DNA of 61,627 bases, the filler included, from Pirum gemmata (taxonomy: Eukaryota), in the NCBI GenBank assembly GCA_002812295.1. It is 18 parts of 18 records of this genome, joined end to end, with 100 filler letters (N's around TTAATTAATTAA, not from the genome) between each part and the next. Parts side by side here need not be neighbours in the genome. Positions count along the whole stretch, not along the records: positions 58,596 to 61,627 come from PDIN01003775.1; 17 more parts are not named here. One strand, given 5' to 3'. The notes beneath the pieces are model-generated. The model was not told the DNA's origin and did not search any database. It saw nothing but the letters and a program-made list of their open reading frames with translations. A program made the translations under genes and the position numbers. The stretch's first letter is position 1, and each line of letters starts with the position of its first letter. This document shows positions 61,571 to 61,627 of the stretch, piece after piece.

Positions 61571-61627
61571 TATTATTATTATATTTTATTACTTATAATT
61601 TTAAGTATTTTTATTATTTTTATTATT

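Noticed and set aside
55463..61627. MACPF-lectin plus GH92 as a glycan-targeting gene cluster
   Set aside because: They are on different contigs joined by the linker at 58496-58595.

Overview
This is very AT-rich eukaryotic genomic DNA, most consistent with an intron-rich unicellular eukaryote using the standard code, GT-AG introns and TTAGGG-type repeats. The organism cannot be named from the sequence alone. The window is not one locus: 18 pieces (mostly about 3.0 kb, three of 4.6-5.2 kb) are joined by 17 artificial 100-nt linkers (44 N + TTAATTAATTAA + 44 N), so neighbourhoods across linkers carry no meaning. Hand-spliced gene fragments include exportin-7, a PrpF-family isomerase, a DCR2/PAP-like metallophosphoesterase, an LRR protein, a cAMP-receptor-like GPCR, a USP7-like exon, an intronless F-box + ankyrin protein, a MACPF-like protein with a ricin-lectin-like tail, a GH92 alpha-1,2-mannosidase, an ADH pseudogene fragment and several orphan genes. 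Non-coding DNA is dense with at least seven MITE-like families, a degraded LINE that shares its 3' hairpin with a tRNA-derived SINE, and many microsatellites. The most notable patterns are telomere-type repeats inside introns (G-strand tending to lie near donors, C-strand near acceptors), complementary repeat halves within single introns, and repeated tandem duplication of splice-site-proximal sequence. All protein calls come from motif recognition by eye, not from database searches.
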